Below, piece by piece: positions 39,061 to 47,259 of a stretch of 64,000 nucleotides of DNA. The stretch is from NCBI RefSeq assembly GCF_044324875.1, contig NZ_CP172185.1; one strand, written 5' to 3'. Every line of letters begins with the position of its first letter. Positions within the stretch are counted from its first letter, which is position 1. The stretch comes from Escherichia coli. Lineage in GTDB: Bacteria > Pseudomonadota > Gammaproteobacteria > Enterobacterales > Enterobacteriaceae. The notes under the pieces were generated by a model. That model ran no database searches. It was not told the origin of the DNA and saw only the letters and a list, made by a program, of their open reading frames with translations. A program made the translations under genes and the position numbers.

Positions 39061-39663
39061 TTAATGCGCATTAGCATTCTGGCTAAAATCTATTATTGGT
39101 GCTTTACTCACAGCTGCGACGTCATCCGGCAAATAATTTTTCTTCGGTGTGTAATCCATGACCTTTGCGGTTAATACAGCGGGGAATTTGCGGATAGTGA
39201 CATTATATTGTTCAATGGCTTTAATATATCTTCCTCGCGCAACGGCAATTCTATTTTCACTTCCTTCGAGCTGTACCATTAAATTTTGATAGAGTTCCTG
39301 AGCTTTTAAATCAGGGTAACGTTCACTAATTATCGTTAACTGACCGAGAGTGCGAGACACCTGCGCCTGGGCTTGTTGCCAGGCTTGTAATTTTTGCGCA
39401 TCTCCCGGAGCTTGCTGAAGATCGCTACTGGCGCGATTAGCCTGGCTACGTGCCAATGTTACGGCTTCCAGTACCTCTTGTTCATGGCTGGAATAACCTT
39501 TAATACTGGCGACAAGATTAGGAATAAGATCGGCGCGACGTTGATATTGATTCAATACCTCAGACCAGGAGGCGTTAACCTGCTCATCATAGGTTTGAAT
39601 ATCGTTATATCCACAGCCTGATAAATTGGCAATAAATATAATTACGATGAATATCCTGAGCAT
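39061..39663 (-). CDS. LemA-family protein, predicted lipoprotein (lipobox LSGC), first gene of the lemA-TPM operon
   Basis: 200 aa; LemA family architecture. Confidence 0.8.
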   Translation of the reverse strand: MLRIFIVIIFIANLSGCGYNDIQTYDEQVNASWSEVLNQYQRRADLIPNLVASIKGYSSHEQEVLEAVTLARSQANRASSDLQQAPGDAQKLQAWQQAQAQVSRTLGQLTIISERYPDLKAQELYQNLMVQLEGSENRIAVARGRYIKAIEQYNVTIRKFPAVLTAKVMDYTPKKNYLPDDVAAVSKAPIIDFSQNANAH

Positions 39664-39835
39664 GTCTATGTCCCTTTTAATTAATTCCTTAAAACATAAT
39701 ACGCCGCTTCATTTTATTCTTTATGATCTCATCCACTTTTTGCCTTAAACCTGCCTGTAACAGAATGTTAATAAGACATGATTGTTGTGGCAGGATCTGC
39801 AATAATTAACAATTATCCACTTCACAGAGAATGCT

Positions 39836-40507
39836 ATGCAGTACCCGATTAACGAGATGTTCCAGACCCTGCAAGGTGAGGGTTACTTTACCGGCGTCCC
39901 CGCCATTTTTATTCGTTTACAGGGATGCCCGGTTGGCTGTGCCTGGTGCGACACCAAACACACCTGGGAAAAGCTTGAGGATCGGGAAGTCTCCCTTTTC
40001 AGCATTCTGGCGAAGACCAAAGAGAGTGATAAGTGGGGGGCGGCGAGCAGTGAAGACTTGCTGGCTGTCATTGGTCGCCAGGGATACACCGCGCGGCATG
40101 TGGTGATTACGGGTGGTGAGCCTTGCATTCATGATTTGCTGCCACTGACTGACCTGCTCGAAAAGAACGGTTTTAGCTGCCAGATCGAAACCAGTGGTAC
40201 TCATGAGGTACGCTGCACACCGAATACCTGGGTTACCGTATCGCCAAAGCTGAACATGCGCGGCGGCTATGAAGTGTTGTCACAGGCACTGGAGCGAGCC
40301 AACGAAATCAAGCATCCAGTGGGACGCGTACGTGATATTGAAGCACTGGATGAACTACTGGCAACACTGACCGATGATAAACCGCGAGTCATTGCACTGC
40401 AGCCGATTAGCCAAAAGGATGATGCTACTCGTTTATGTATCGATACGTGCATTGCGCGCAACTGGCGTTTGTCGATGCAAACGCATAAATATTTAAATAT
40501 TGCCTGA
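39836..40507 (+). CDS. queE: 7-carboxy-7-deazaguanine synthase QueE (radical SAM)
   Basis: 223 aa; CxxxCxxC-type motif CPVGCAWCD. Confidence 0.9.
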   Translation: MQYPINEMFQTLQGEGYFTGVPAIFIRLQGCPVGCAWCDTKHTWEKLEDREVSLFSILAKTKESDKWGAASSEDLLAVIGRQGYTARHVVITGGEPCIHDLLPLTDLLEKNGFSCQIETSGTHEVRCTPNTWVTVSPKLNMRGGYEVLSQALERANEIKHPVGRVRDIEALDELLATLTDDKPRVIALQPISQKDDATRLCIDTCIARNWRLSMQTHKYLNIA

Positions 40508-40699
40508 TTAAACATTTATAAGCGTTATAAATGGGTGGAACCTGTAAAGACTTCTACTCATTTATATTCTTTGTCGCCTCTGAAAAACCTCCATTTTGCC
40601 CATCCTGAACTAATCATTATCATTCTCTACAAATTTTATGGCGTTAATTTTTCGTTGGAGTGAAAATTATTGCGGTGAAATTTGGTAGATTTTAGTTTG

Positions 40700-40845
40700 A
40701 ATAGAGTTATTTCAAATATTTATCTTTTTAATCAATGGATTAAATGCTCTTTAACATAATGGATGTGTTGTTTGTGTGATACTGTAAAGTTGGTAGATTG
40801 TGACTGGCTTAAAAAATCATTAATTAATAATAGGTTATGTTTAGA
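40700..40845 (+). promoter_or_regulatory. AT-rich CRISPR leader (promoter and IHF region) immediately upstream of the first repeat
   Basis: Sequence ...TGGCTTAAAAAATCATTAATTAATAATAGGTTATGTTTAGA abuts repeat 1; matches my memory of the E. coli type I-E leader end. Confidence 0.6.
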
Positions 40846-41118
40846 GAGTTCCCCGCGCCAGCGGGGATAAACCGCTTCATCTGTCGGGCTAACTGGACAA
40901 AGAAACGAGTTCCCCGCGCCAGCGGGGATAAACCGTCGGTTTGACATCAAAGAAGCCATCAATCAGGGAGTTCCCCGCGCCAGCGGGGATAAACCGGTCT
41001 GGCCATAGGAACAAAGAAATTTGTCTTTGAGTTCCCCACGTCAGCGGGGATAAACCGGACACAGAGCGCCGCTATAGCGCCTATGCCAAGAGTTCCCCGC
41101 GCCAGCGGGGATAAACCA
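40846..41118 (+). CRISPR. Type I-E CRISPR array (CRISPR2.1 position): 5 repeats of 29 bp (GAGTTCCCCGCGCCAGCGGGGATAAACCG) and 4 spacers of 32 bp each
   Basis: Repeats at 40846, 40907, 40968, 41029 (variant CCCCACGTCAG) and 41090 (terminal, ...AAACCA); spacers at 40875-40906, 40936-40967, 40997-41028 and 41058-41089; regular 61-bp periodicity. Confidence 0.95.
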
Positions 41119-41586
41119 CCATATAACCCGTTATCTCTTTCTCAAGTTTTTATATTAGCAGTACTTGTAATAAGCAACATATCCACGTAACACCTCATGT
41201 TCAAAATAGTTCTCCATGCCAGAGAAGTTCACAATTATCGATACAAAAAATTAAATTTAATCAAAGTGTTATTTGTATGATTCTTAAATCGTTAAGAAAT
41301 TTTAATATATTATTTTTTTAATATTAATTAATGCCTGTTAATTTTTTCTTTAGAATAACAGTGTATTTTTTAAGCTTATTATTCATTGATTAAGTAATAA
41401 ATCTGGAAATTTGTCTTTGTTTTGAGGCTAATGAGTGATTTTACATAATCGCCTCTATACGCTGTTGATGAATAGTTCTTATGAATAAAGATATCCAGTT
41501 CATACTTTAAGTGAAAATTGATAAAGTGCGATTCGTATTGTCTTTTATTCTAAAGACATCGAGTGTAGTTAATATTCCTTGTAAAA

Positions 41587-41709
41587 ACAGGGATAAACCG
41601 AACTAGTTAAAGTTTTTATTATGTTCCCTGCATCAGCGGGGATAAACCGGACTTGTTATCATTTTTTAAGTTGTCGAACTTATGTTCCCCGCGTCAGCGG
41701 GGATAACCA
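41587..41709 (+). CRISPR. Degenerate mini-array (CRISPR2.2-2.3-like remnant): truncated repeat, then 2 variant repeats (ATGTTCCCTGCATCAGCGGGGATAAACCG; ATGTTCCCCGCGTCAGCGGGGATAACC) with one 32-bp spacer and one about 20-bp spacer
   Basis: Repeat-like units at 41587-41600 (partial), 41621-41649 and 41682-41709; spacer at 41650-41681 is 32 bp. Confidence 0.7.
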
Positions 41710-41755
41710 TTCAGGTATGTTCAGGCCGGGCAGTTTCCCGCCCGGTCTTCCTCAC

Positions 41756-43234
41756 TTACGCATTCGACCAGCTCTGGATCGAATCTTCATTCCCCAGCTC
41801 ACCATGCATCACTTCATACGATTTTTTCAGGATCACATCAGTGTGTTTGGTTAGGTCTTTGAAAATGCCTTTATTCATCGCGTTGTAGCGTTTGGCGTTG
41901 CTCTCAACAGGCATAAAGATATCTTTCACGCGAACCATTTTGTCGACAGCCGTTGCGTAATCCGGGTATAGCCCCAGACCTACCGCCGTATTAATCGCTG
42001 CCCCCAGGCTTGCACAACCATTAATGGCGTTACGGCGTGCCGGAAGGTTGAACACGTCGGCAAAAATCTGCATAAACAGATCGCTGTTCGAACCGCCGCC
42101 AGTAATGATCACATGCTTTGCAAAGTGATTCATTTCATTACACATATTGTCGTAATTGTTCTTCAGCGTCAGCGCCACGCTTTCCAGTATCGAACGATAT
42201 ATCCATGCGTAATCCATGCTGGAATCAAAGCCAATCATAATCCCGCGTTTGTACGGTTCCCACGGATTGGTCAGCCAGTCCAGCACCGTCATCAGACCAT
42301 TACAGCCTGGCGGCACACAAGAAGCTTTTTTGTTGAGTAAATCTTCCGGTGAAAGATCCTGCGCCCTGGCATCCTGAATTAACGACTCGCCTAGCATGTC
42401 GCGCAGCCAGCTCACCGTCCACATGCCTTTGCGAATACCGTAACCTTCATACAGCAAGGTTTGCGGAATAGAAGACATAATCGGCCAGTACGCTACCGGA
42501 TCTTTCGGCAGTACTTTGCCGTTCATCATCAACGCGATGTAAGTGCCAAGAGAAATTACCGCAGTTTCATCATCCAGTAACCCGGCTCCCAGTGCTTCTA
42601 CCGGTTTATCACTGGTGGTACAAACAACCGGCAGCCCAGCCGGGAAATGTGTCGCCAGCGCGGCTTGAGGAGTGATATGCCCAAGAACAGTGCCCGGCAT
42701 TTGCACATCAAACAGCATATGACGGGGGATATTAAACTTCTCCATGACTGCGGCATCTTCACTCCATGCCCAGGTCTTATAATCCACCGGCCACTGACCA
42801 AAATAGTTGGCGATATTGTCTTTAAACTCGCCGGTTAAGCGATGCGTCAGATAACCCGAAAAAGAGGTGACATATGCCACGTCAGGATTCGTATGTTCGT
42901 AAGGGCGTGTAACGCGTGCATCCTGCCAGCTAATCAACGGCGCAGCTGGCGTGCCATCGGCTTTCAATAACGCACGGCAGCAACGGATGGATCCCAGACC
43001 AATACCGACAATATCTTCTTTATTTCCGGCAAACTGACTCATCAAATCGTGACCGGCAAAGCATAATGATGCCCATAAATCGTCGTCAGGATGTTCTGCG
43101 GTATCGGCATCTGGCGTGTGCATCGGCTGCAATAAGCCTTTGCCTTCGCAAACCACATTACCTTCCAGATCGTACATCACCACTTTTGTGCTCTGACTTC
43201 CACCATCAATCCCTATGATGTATTTTTTCGACAT
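41756..43234 (-). CDS. ygcE: FGGY-family carbohydrate kinase
   Basis: 492 aa; FGGY N-terminus IGIDGGSQSTKVV. Confidence 0.9.
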   Translation of the reverse strand: MSKKYIIGIDGGSQSTKVVMYDLEGNVVCEGKGLLQPMHTPDADTAEHPDDDLWASLCFAGHDLMSQFAGNKEDIVGIGLGSIRCCRALLKADGTPAAPLISWQDARVTRPYEHTNPDVAYVTSFSGYLTHRLTGEFKDNIANYFGQWPVDYKTWAWSEDAAVMEKFNIPRHMLFDVQMPGTVLGHITPQAALATHFPAGLPVVCTTSDKPVEALGAGLLDDETAVISLGTYIALMMNGKVLPKDPVAYWPIMSSIPQTLLYEGYGIRKGMWTVSWLRDMLGESLIQDARAQDLSPEDLLNKKASCVPPGCNGLMTVLDWLTNPWEPYKRGIMIGFDSSMDYAWIYRSILESVALTLKNNYDNMCNEMNHFAKHVIITGGGSNSDLFMQIFADVFNLPARRNAINGCASLGAAINTAVGLGLYPDYATAVDKMVRVKDIFMPVESNAKRYNAMNKGIFKDLTKHTDVILKKSYEVMHGELGNEDSIQSWSNA

Positions 43235-43260
43235 GATTTTTCTCCTGTAATTTTCTGGAC

Positions 43261-44538
43261 TTACTTGCTGCTAGCCATAGCAGGGGCGCTATCAGCAGTA
43301 CGAATTTTTTGGAACAGCAAAAAGGTAAAGACGATCACCATGGCAAGCGCCGCCATGCCCATCAGCCACATATTGCGGTAGGCTTCTGCAGCGGGCAGGG
43401 TGTCTTGCCAGTAGCCGATAATCGGGTAAACGAAGACATCCGGCAGGAATCCAATCACCGAACAAATACCTACCGTGGTGCCCATAATGTAAGACGGTGT
43501 TCTCGCTTCGCCAGGGCAGGCCCAGTACAGCCCGCGTGAGGCGTAACAGGTGAATCCCAGCAGTAAAATCAGGCCAATCCCCATCGCGACCGATTGCGGG
43601 TTAGAGTTCGTGACGAGCAGGGCAGTTAACGCCAGCAAGCCGAGTACGGAAAGGATTTGGATCACGCGGGTAGGGGATTTCACTTTGCTGTAGGTGGTGA
43701 TAATGCCACCAAGTGGGCCGCACAGTGCGCGGAAGATTTTGTTGATCACAATCCCCATGTAGCTCGCCGCCACCAGCGACATGCCGTACATTTCGGTCAG
43801 ATAGTTGGTGGAGTAACTCAGAATGGCGTAGATGGTGAAGACACCAAAAATCACCATGCTGCAATACCAGGTGGTGCTGATGCGCAAAACAGCCAGGATG
43901 TCGCTAAGCTGGAATGACTGTTTTTCTTCGTTATTGGTATTGCACAGGTTGTTGTTATCGCTAACAAAAAACCAACACAAAATGCCCAGCAGAATGTAAA
44001 CCACACTATAGATAATAATGACCGTTTTCAGGCTGGCGCTGTCATCCGGTGCAAAGCGAGAAAAGACCCACATGGTAAACACCGCCAGCGACATTACACC
44101 GACGCCGCGCAGCCCTTCCATCCAGCCCATAATTTTCCCTTGCTCGCTATGATCGCCCAGCAACGAGGCGGCTTTAATCGACACCGACCACAGCATTAAA
44201 ATAGTGGTTATCGCAAAGGCGACCTGAATACAGAGCATTACCCACAGCGGTGGATATGTTGCCATTAACAGACCCAGTAATCCGGTAATGATCATCGCGG
44301 AAGTAATCATTTTGCGGTGTGAAAATTTATCGGCAATAACGCCGCTGGGGGCATAAAGAATAATAGCCGCAATACCAAAGGTACTCATTATTAAACCTAT
44401 CTCGGTATTGCTGAATCCCATAAATTTCGCCATGGGAATTTGATAAATATAACGTAAATAAGCCAGGTCGAAACTAACGCCGCCGCTAAAACTAATTATC
44501 GCGAGGGTTATCCAACGGCGATATGAGTTGTGTTGCAT
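43261..44538 (-). CDS. yqcE: MFS transporter
   Basis: 425 aa, 12 TM helices; upstream of ygcE in the same orientation. Confidence 0.9.
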   Translation of the reverse strand: MQHNSYRRWITLAIISFSGGVSFDLAYLRYIYQIPMAKFMGFSNTEIGLIMSTFGIAAIILYAPSGVIADKFSHRKMITSAMIITGLLGLLMATYPPLWVMLCIQVAFAITTILMLWSVSIKAASLLGDHSEQGKIMGWMEGLRGVGVMSLAVFTMWVFSRFAPDDSASLKTVIIIYSVVYILLGILCWFFVSDNNNLCNTNNEEKQSFQLSDILAVLRISTTWYCSMVIFGVFTIYAILSYSTNYLTEMYGMSLVAASYMGIVINKIFRALCGPLGGIITTYSKVKSPTRVIQILSVLGLLALTALLVTNSNPQSVAMGIGLILLLGFTCYASRGLYWACPGEARTPSYIMGTTVGICSVIGFLPDVFVYPIIGYWQDTLPAAEAYRNMWLMGMAALAMVIVFTFLLFQKIRTADSAPAMASSK

Positions 44539-44562
44539 ATCGTATTCCCATTTGTAATAGAC

Positions 44563-44610
44563 AAAAAAAAGAGAAAAGTAAGCCGCCCTTTCAGGTGGAT
44601 TACTTTTCTC
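44563..44610 (-). terminator. Leader intrinsic terminator about 25 nt upstream of the yqcE start codon (minus strand: GAGAAAAGUAA-18 nt loop-UUACUUUUCUC + U8)
   Basis: Perfect 11-bp stem followed by 8 U on the minus strand, inside the 5' leader of yqcE-ygcE. Confidence 0.6.
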
Positions 44611-44659
44611 AGGTCTCTAGTAATTGCAATAAGAAATAACATGGAAAGCAGTGGTGTTG

Positions 44660-44675
44660 TGTGAGAGTAATCACG
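44660..44675. promoter_or_regulatory. CRP-like site TGTGAGAGTAATCACG, positioned about -41.5 relative to the inferred minus-strand yqcE promoter
   Basis: TGTGA-N6-TCACG (9/10 half-site match). Confidence 0.45.
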
Positions 44676-44716
44676 CTTCTGCTTTTTAAAATTATTTGAC
44701 AATTCGAATATCACAC

Positions 44717-44732
44717 TGTGATTACGATCACA
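44717..44732. promoter_or_regulatory. CRP consensus site TGTGATTACGATCACA, about -41.5 relative to the inferred ygcW promoter (extended -10 TGATAAAAT at 44751-44759)
   Basis: Perfect TGTGA-N6-TCACA. Confidence 0.55.
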
Positions 44733-44786
44733 TTAGCGATTATGCCCTTATGATAAAAATTATCTCCAGTTACCAGAGATAATGAG

Positions 44787-44832
44787 AAAGGTAACTTCCC
44801 TCTCGCGGGGGAAGTTACCTTTCTTTTTTTTT
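44787..44832 (+). terminator. Strong leader intrinsic terminator 25 nt upstream of the ygcW start codon (AAAGGTAACTTCCC-loop-GGGAAGTTACCTTT + CTTTTTTTTT)
   Basis: Perfect 14-bp stem plus a 9-T run, between the predicted promoter and the ygcW SD/ATG (44847/44857). Confidence 0.75.
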
Positions 44833-44856
44833 GCCTTACGGAAATTGGAGCTAACT

Positions 44857-45642
44857 ATGTCAATCGAATCTCTCAATGCGTTCTCAATGGATTTTTTCTC
44901 CCTGAAAGGCAAAACCGCAATTGTTACCGGCGGGAATAGCGGTTTAGGCCAGGCATTTGCCATGGCGCTGGCCAAAGCAGGCGCAAATATCTTTATTCCA
45001 AGCTTCGTTAAAGATAACGGCGAAACAAAGGAAATGATTGAAAAACAGGGTGTTGAGGTGGACTTCATGCAGGTGGATATCACCGCAGAAGGCGCGCCGC
45101 AGAAGATAATCGCCGCCTGTTGCGAACGTTTCGGTACCGTCGATATTCTGATTAACAATGCCGGTATTTGTAAGCTGAATAAGGTGCTGGACTTCGGTCG
45201 TGCCGACTGGGACCCGATGATTGATGTGAACCTGACCGCCGCATTCGAGTTAAGCTATGAAGCTGCAAAAATTATGATCCCGCAGAAAAGCGGTAAAATC
45301 ATTAATATCTGTTCATTATTCTCTTACTTAGGTGGACAATGGTCACCTGCATATTCTGCCACTAAACATGCTCTTGCCGGATTCACCAAAGCTTATTGTG
45401 ATGAACTAGGTCAATATAATATTCAGGTAAATGGTATTGCCCCTGGCTATTATGCAACAGATATTACGCTGGCGACACGCAGTAATCCAGAAACTAATCA
45501 GCGCGTTCTTGATCATATTCCGGCAAACCGTTGGGGCGATACTCAGGATTTAATGGGCGCAGCCGTATTCCTCGCAAGTCCGGCTTCAAATTATGTTAAC
45601 GGGCATTTATTAGTGGTCGATGGCGGTTATTTAGTGCGCTAA
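44857..45642 (+). CDS. ygcW: Short-chain dehydrogenase/reductase (KduD/2-deoxy-D-gluconate 3-dehydrogenase-like)
   Basis: 261 aa from ATG 44857 (SD ggag); Rossmann motif TGGNSGLG; ORF track extends to 44782 across the terminator, which is implausible. Confidence 0.85.
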   Translation: MSIESLNAFSMDFFSLKGKTAIVTGGNSGLGQAFAMALAKAGANIFIPSFVKDNGETKEMIEKQGVEVDFMQVDITAEGAPQKIIAACCERFGTVDILINNAGICKLNKVLDFGRADWDPMIDVNLTAAFELSYEAAKIMIPQKSGKIINICSLFSYLGGQWSPAYSATKHALAGFTKAYCDELGQYNIQVNGIAPGYYATDITLATRSNPETNQRVLDHIPANRWGDTQDLMGAAVFLASPASNYVNGHLLVVDGGYLVR

Positions 45643-45711
45643 TCCATAACGGTGGTTTCTGTTTTCTCTTATTAATGATTATTCCATTTTTATTATCAGG
45701 AAGGAATTACT

Positions 45712-47166
45712 ATGTCTTTATCTCGCGCAGCGATTGTCGACCAGCTAAAGAAAATTGTTGGTGCAGATCGCGTAATTACCGATGAAACAGTATTAAAGAA
45801 GAACAGTATTGACCGTTTTCGCAAATTTCCGGATATTCATGGCATTTATACTTTGCCGATTCCGGCAGCGGTCGTAAAACTCGGTTCCACAGAACAAGTA
45901 TCCCGTGTGCTGAATTTTATGAATGCGCACAAAATTAACGGTGTGCCGCGTACCGGTGCTTCCGCTACCGAAGGTGGGCTGGAAACCGTTGTGGAAAACT
46001 CGGTGGTGCTCGACGGCTCTGCCATGAATCAAATCATTAATATTGATATTGAGAATATGCAGGCCACGGCGCAATGCGGAGTTCCGCTGGAAGTGCTGGA
46101 AAACGCGTTGCGTGAAAAAGGTTACACCACGGGGCATTCTCCGCAGTCAAAGCCGCTGGCGCAGATGGGCGGCCTGGTAGCAACCCGCAGTATCGGGCAG
46201 TTCTCCACACTCTACGGCGCAATCGAAGATATGGTCGTTGGTCTGGAAGCAGTATTGGCTGATGGCACCGTAACACGCATTAAAAACGTACCACGCCGCG
46301 CGGCAGGCCCGGACATTCGTCACATCATCATCGGCAACGAAGGTGCATTGTGCTATATCACTGAAGTAACAGTGAAAATCTTTAAGTTCACCCCGGAAAA
46401 CAACCTCTTCTACGGCTATATCCTGGAAGACATGAAAACCGGCTTCAACATCCTACGTGAAATCATGGTGGAAGGGTATCGTCCGTCGATCGCTCGTTTG
46501 TATGACGCTGAAGATGGCACCCAACACTTCACCCATTTTGCCGACGGAAAATGCGTGCTGATCTTTATGGCTGAAGGTAACCCTCGCATTGCGAAGGCGA
46601 CGGGCGAAGGGATTGCTGAAATCGTGGCACGTTACCCGCAATGCCAGCGAGTGGACAGCAAGCTGATCGAAACCTGGTTTAACAACCTGAACTGGGGACC
46701 GGATAAAGTAGCTGCCGAACGTGTGCAGATCCTCAAAACCGGCAACATGGGCTTTACCACCGAAGTGTCCGGCTGCTGGAGCTGCATTCACGAAATCTAC
46801 GAAAGCGTTATTAACCGTATTCGTACCGAGTTCCCGCACGCCGACGACATCACCATGCTGGGCGGTCACTCCTCTCATAGCTATCAGAACGGCACCAACA
46901 TGTACTTCGTCTACGACTACAACGTCGTTGACTGTAAGCCGGAAGAGGAAATCGACAAGTACCACAATCCGCTCAACAAAATCATCTGCGAAGAAACCAT
47001 TCGCCTCGGTGGTTCGATGGTGCACCACCACGGTATCGGTAAACATCGCGTTCACTGGAGCAAACTGGAACACGGCAGCGCGTGGGCGTTGCTGGAAGGG
47101 CTGAAAAAGCAGTTCGATCCTAACGGCATTATGAATACGGGTACTATCTATCCGATTGAAAAATAA
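45712..47166 (+). CDS. ygcU: FAD-linked oxidase (GlcD / alkyl-DHAP synthase-like)
   Basis: 484 aa; FAD-binding PCMH domain plus C-terminal oxidase domain. Confidence 0.9.
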   Translation: MSLSRAAIVDQLKKIVGADRVITDETVLKKNSIDRFRKFPDIHGIYTLPIPAAVVKLGSTEQVSRVLNFMNAHKINGVPRTGASATEGGLETVVENSVVLDGSAMNQIINIDIENMQATAQCGVPLEVLENALREKGYTTGHSPQSKPLAQMGGLVATRSIGQFSTLYGAIEDMVVGLEAVLADGTVTRIKNVPRRAAGPDIRHIIIGNEGALCYITEVTVKIFKFTPENNLFYGYILEDMKTGFNILREIMVEGYRPSIARLYDAEDGTQHFTHFADGKCVLIFMAEGNPRIAKATGEGIAEIVARYPQCQRVDSKLIETWFNNLNWGPDKVAAERVQILKTGNMGFTTEVSGCWSCIHEIYESVINRIRTEFPHADDITMLGGHSSHSYQNGTNMYFVYDYNVVDCKPEEEIDKYHNPLNKIICEETIRLGGSMVHHHGIGKHRVHWSKLEHGSAWALLEGLKKQFDPNGIMNTGTIYPIEK

Positions 47167-47259
47167 TGTGTCAGGCAGCGTTCCGCGATGACGGAGCGTT
47201 GCCTTTTCGGCTTCTCAGGCGAGAAGCCGTTCTTATTACCGGACAATGAAGGGGTAAAG

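Noticed and set aside
41017-41030. Self-targeting by CRISPR spacer 3
   Set aside because: Only a 14-nt partial match to nearby DNA (41408-41421), and it spans the spacer/repeat junction; far below the seed plus protospacer length needed for interference.
44782-44856. N-terminal extension of ygcW suggested by the ORF track (start 44782)
   Set aside because: The extension would be translated through a 14-bp-stem terminator and T9 tract and lacks an RBS; ATG 44857 with SD ggag is the credible start.
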